Positions 63,586 through 64,000 of a stretch of DNA of 64,000 bases are shown piece after piece (the stretch's first letter is position 1; the number at the start of each line of letters is the position of its first letter). The notes beneath the pieces were generated by a model, which saw only the letters and a list, made by a program, of their open reading frames with translations, was not told the origin of the DNA and ran no database searches. This stretch comes from a bacterium BMS3Abin02 (GTDB taxonomy: Bacteria > Actinomycetota > Acidimicrobiia > Spongiisociales > UBA4744): NCBI GenBank assembly GCA_002897675.1, contig BDSU01000040.1:5201-69200 (forward strand). Direction: 5' to 3'. The position numbers and the translations under genes are program-made.

Positions 63586-64000
63586 ACGCGTGTGATGTAG
63601 CTGCCGGTGCGGGTGTCCACCTTGATGTGGTCACCTTCCCCGACGAACAGAGGGACATGCACGACAAGCCCTGTCGAGACGGTGACCGGCTTCGTGGCCC
63701 CCGAGACACGGTCACCTTTGACACCCGGCTCGGCTTCAACGACCTCCATCTCGACCGATGCCGGCAACTCGACGGCGATGGGTACATCGCGATACATGGG
63801 CAGGATCGCCGTCAGCCCATCGACCAGGAACGACGCCGCGTCGCCCACTTGATCTTCGTTCAGTGCGAACTGAGCGTACGTTTCAAGGTCCATGAAGTGA
63901 TAGCCGAGGTCGTCACGGTACAGAAACTGATGTTCCCTACGGTCGATCACCGCCTGCTCGACGTTCTCGCCGGCTCGAAACGTGCGGTCGATCAGCGCGC
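63582..64000 (-). CDS. efp: Elongation factor P, 5' part outside window
   Basis: FLY.D, FMD.ETY.Q, EPGVKGD.VSG.TKP, VPLFV..GD.IKVDTR.G.Y..R. Confidence 0.95.

Overview
High-GC housekeeping region of an actinobacterial chromosome, probably Acidimicrobiia (inferred from gene order, mihF, the actinobacterial 23S domain III insert and a tRNA-less ITS). Left arm, mostly + strand: DUF151-K channel-MerR-gcvT-gcvPA-gcvPB, add, rnhB and others. A XerC/D dif-like site lies at 17752-17779, where gene orientation flips. Right arm, mostly - strand: an rRNA operon (16S-23S-5S), nfnAB, tyrS, a class A PBP, argF, pheST, infC-rpmI-rplT, the rib operon with an FMN riboswitch, rpe, fmt, def, priA, metK, coaBC, rpoZ, gmk, mihF, the pyr operon with a PyrR attenuator, nusB and efp. 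The most notable feature is a 23S rRNA gene split by two related group I introns. One (729 nt) follows U2604 (E. coli numbering, peptidyl-transferase centre) and carries an intact LAGLIDADG endonuclease ORF that runs through the ribozyme core, with its AUG inside a hairpin. The other (500 nt) follows U1931 and carries an eroded version of a similar ORF. Also seen: likely AUC/AUU/CUG start codons, a pervasive leaderless-promoter signature, long intergenic palindromes, and local absence of carAB, the other arg genes and rsmB. All calls come from reading the sequence; no searches or folding programs were run.
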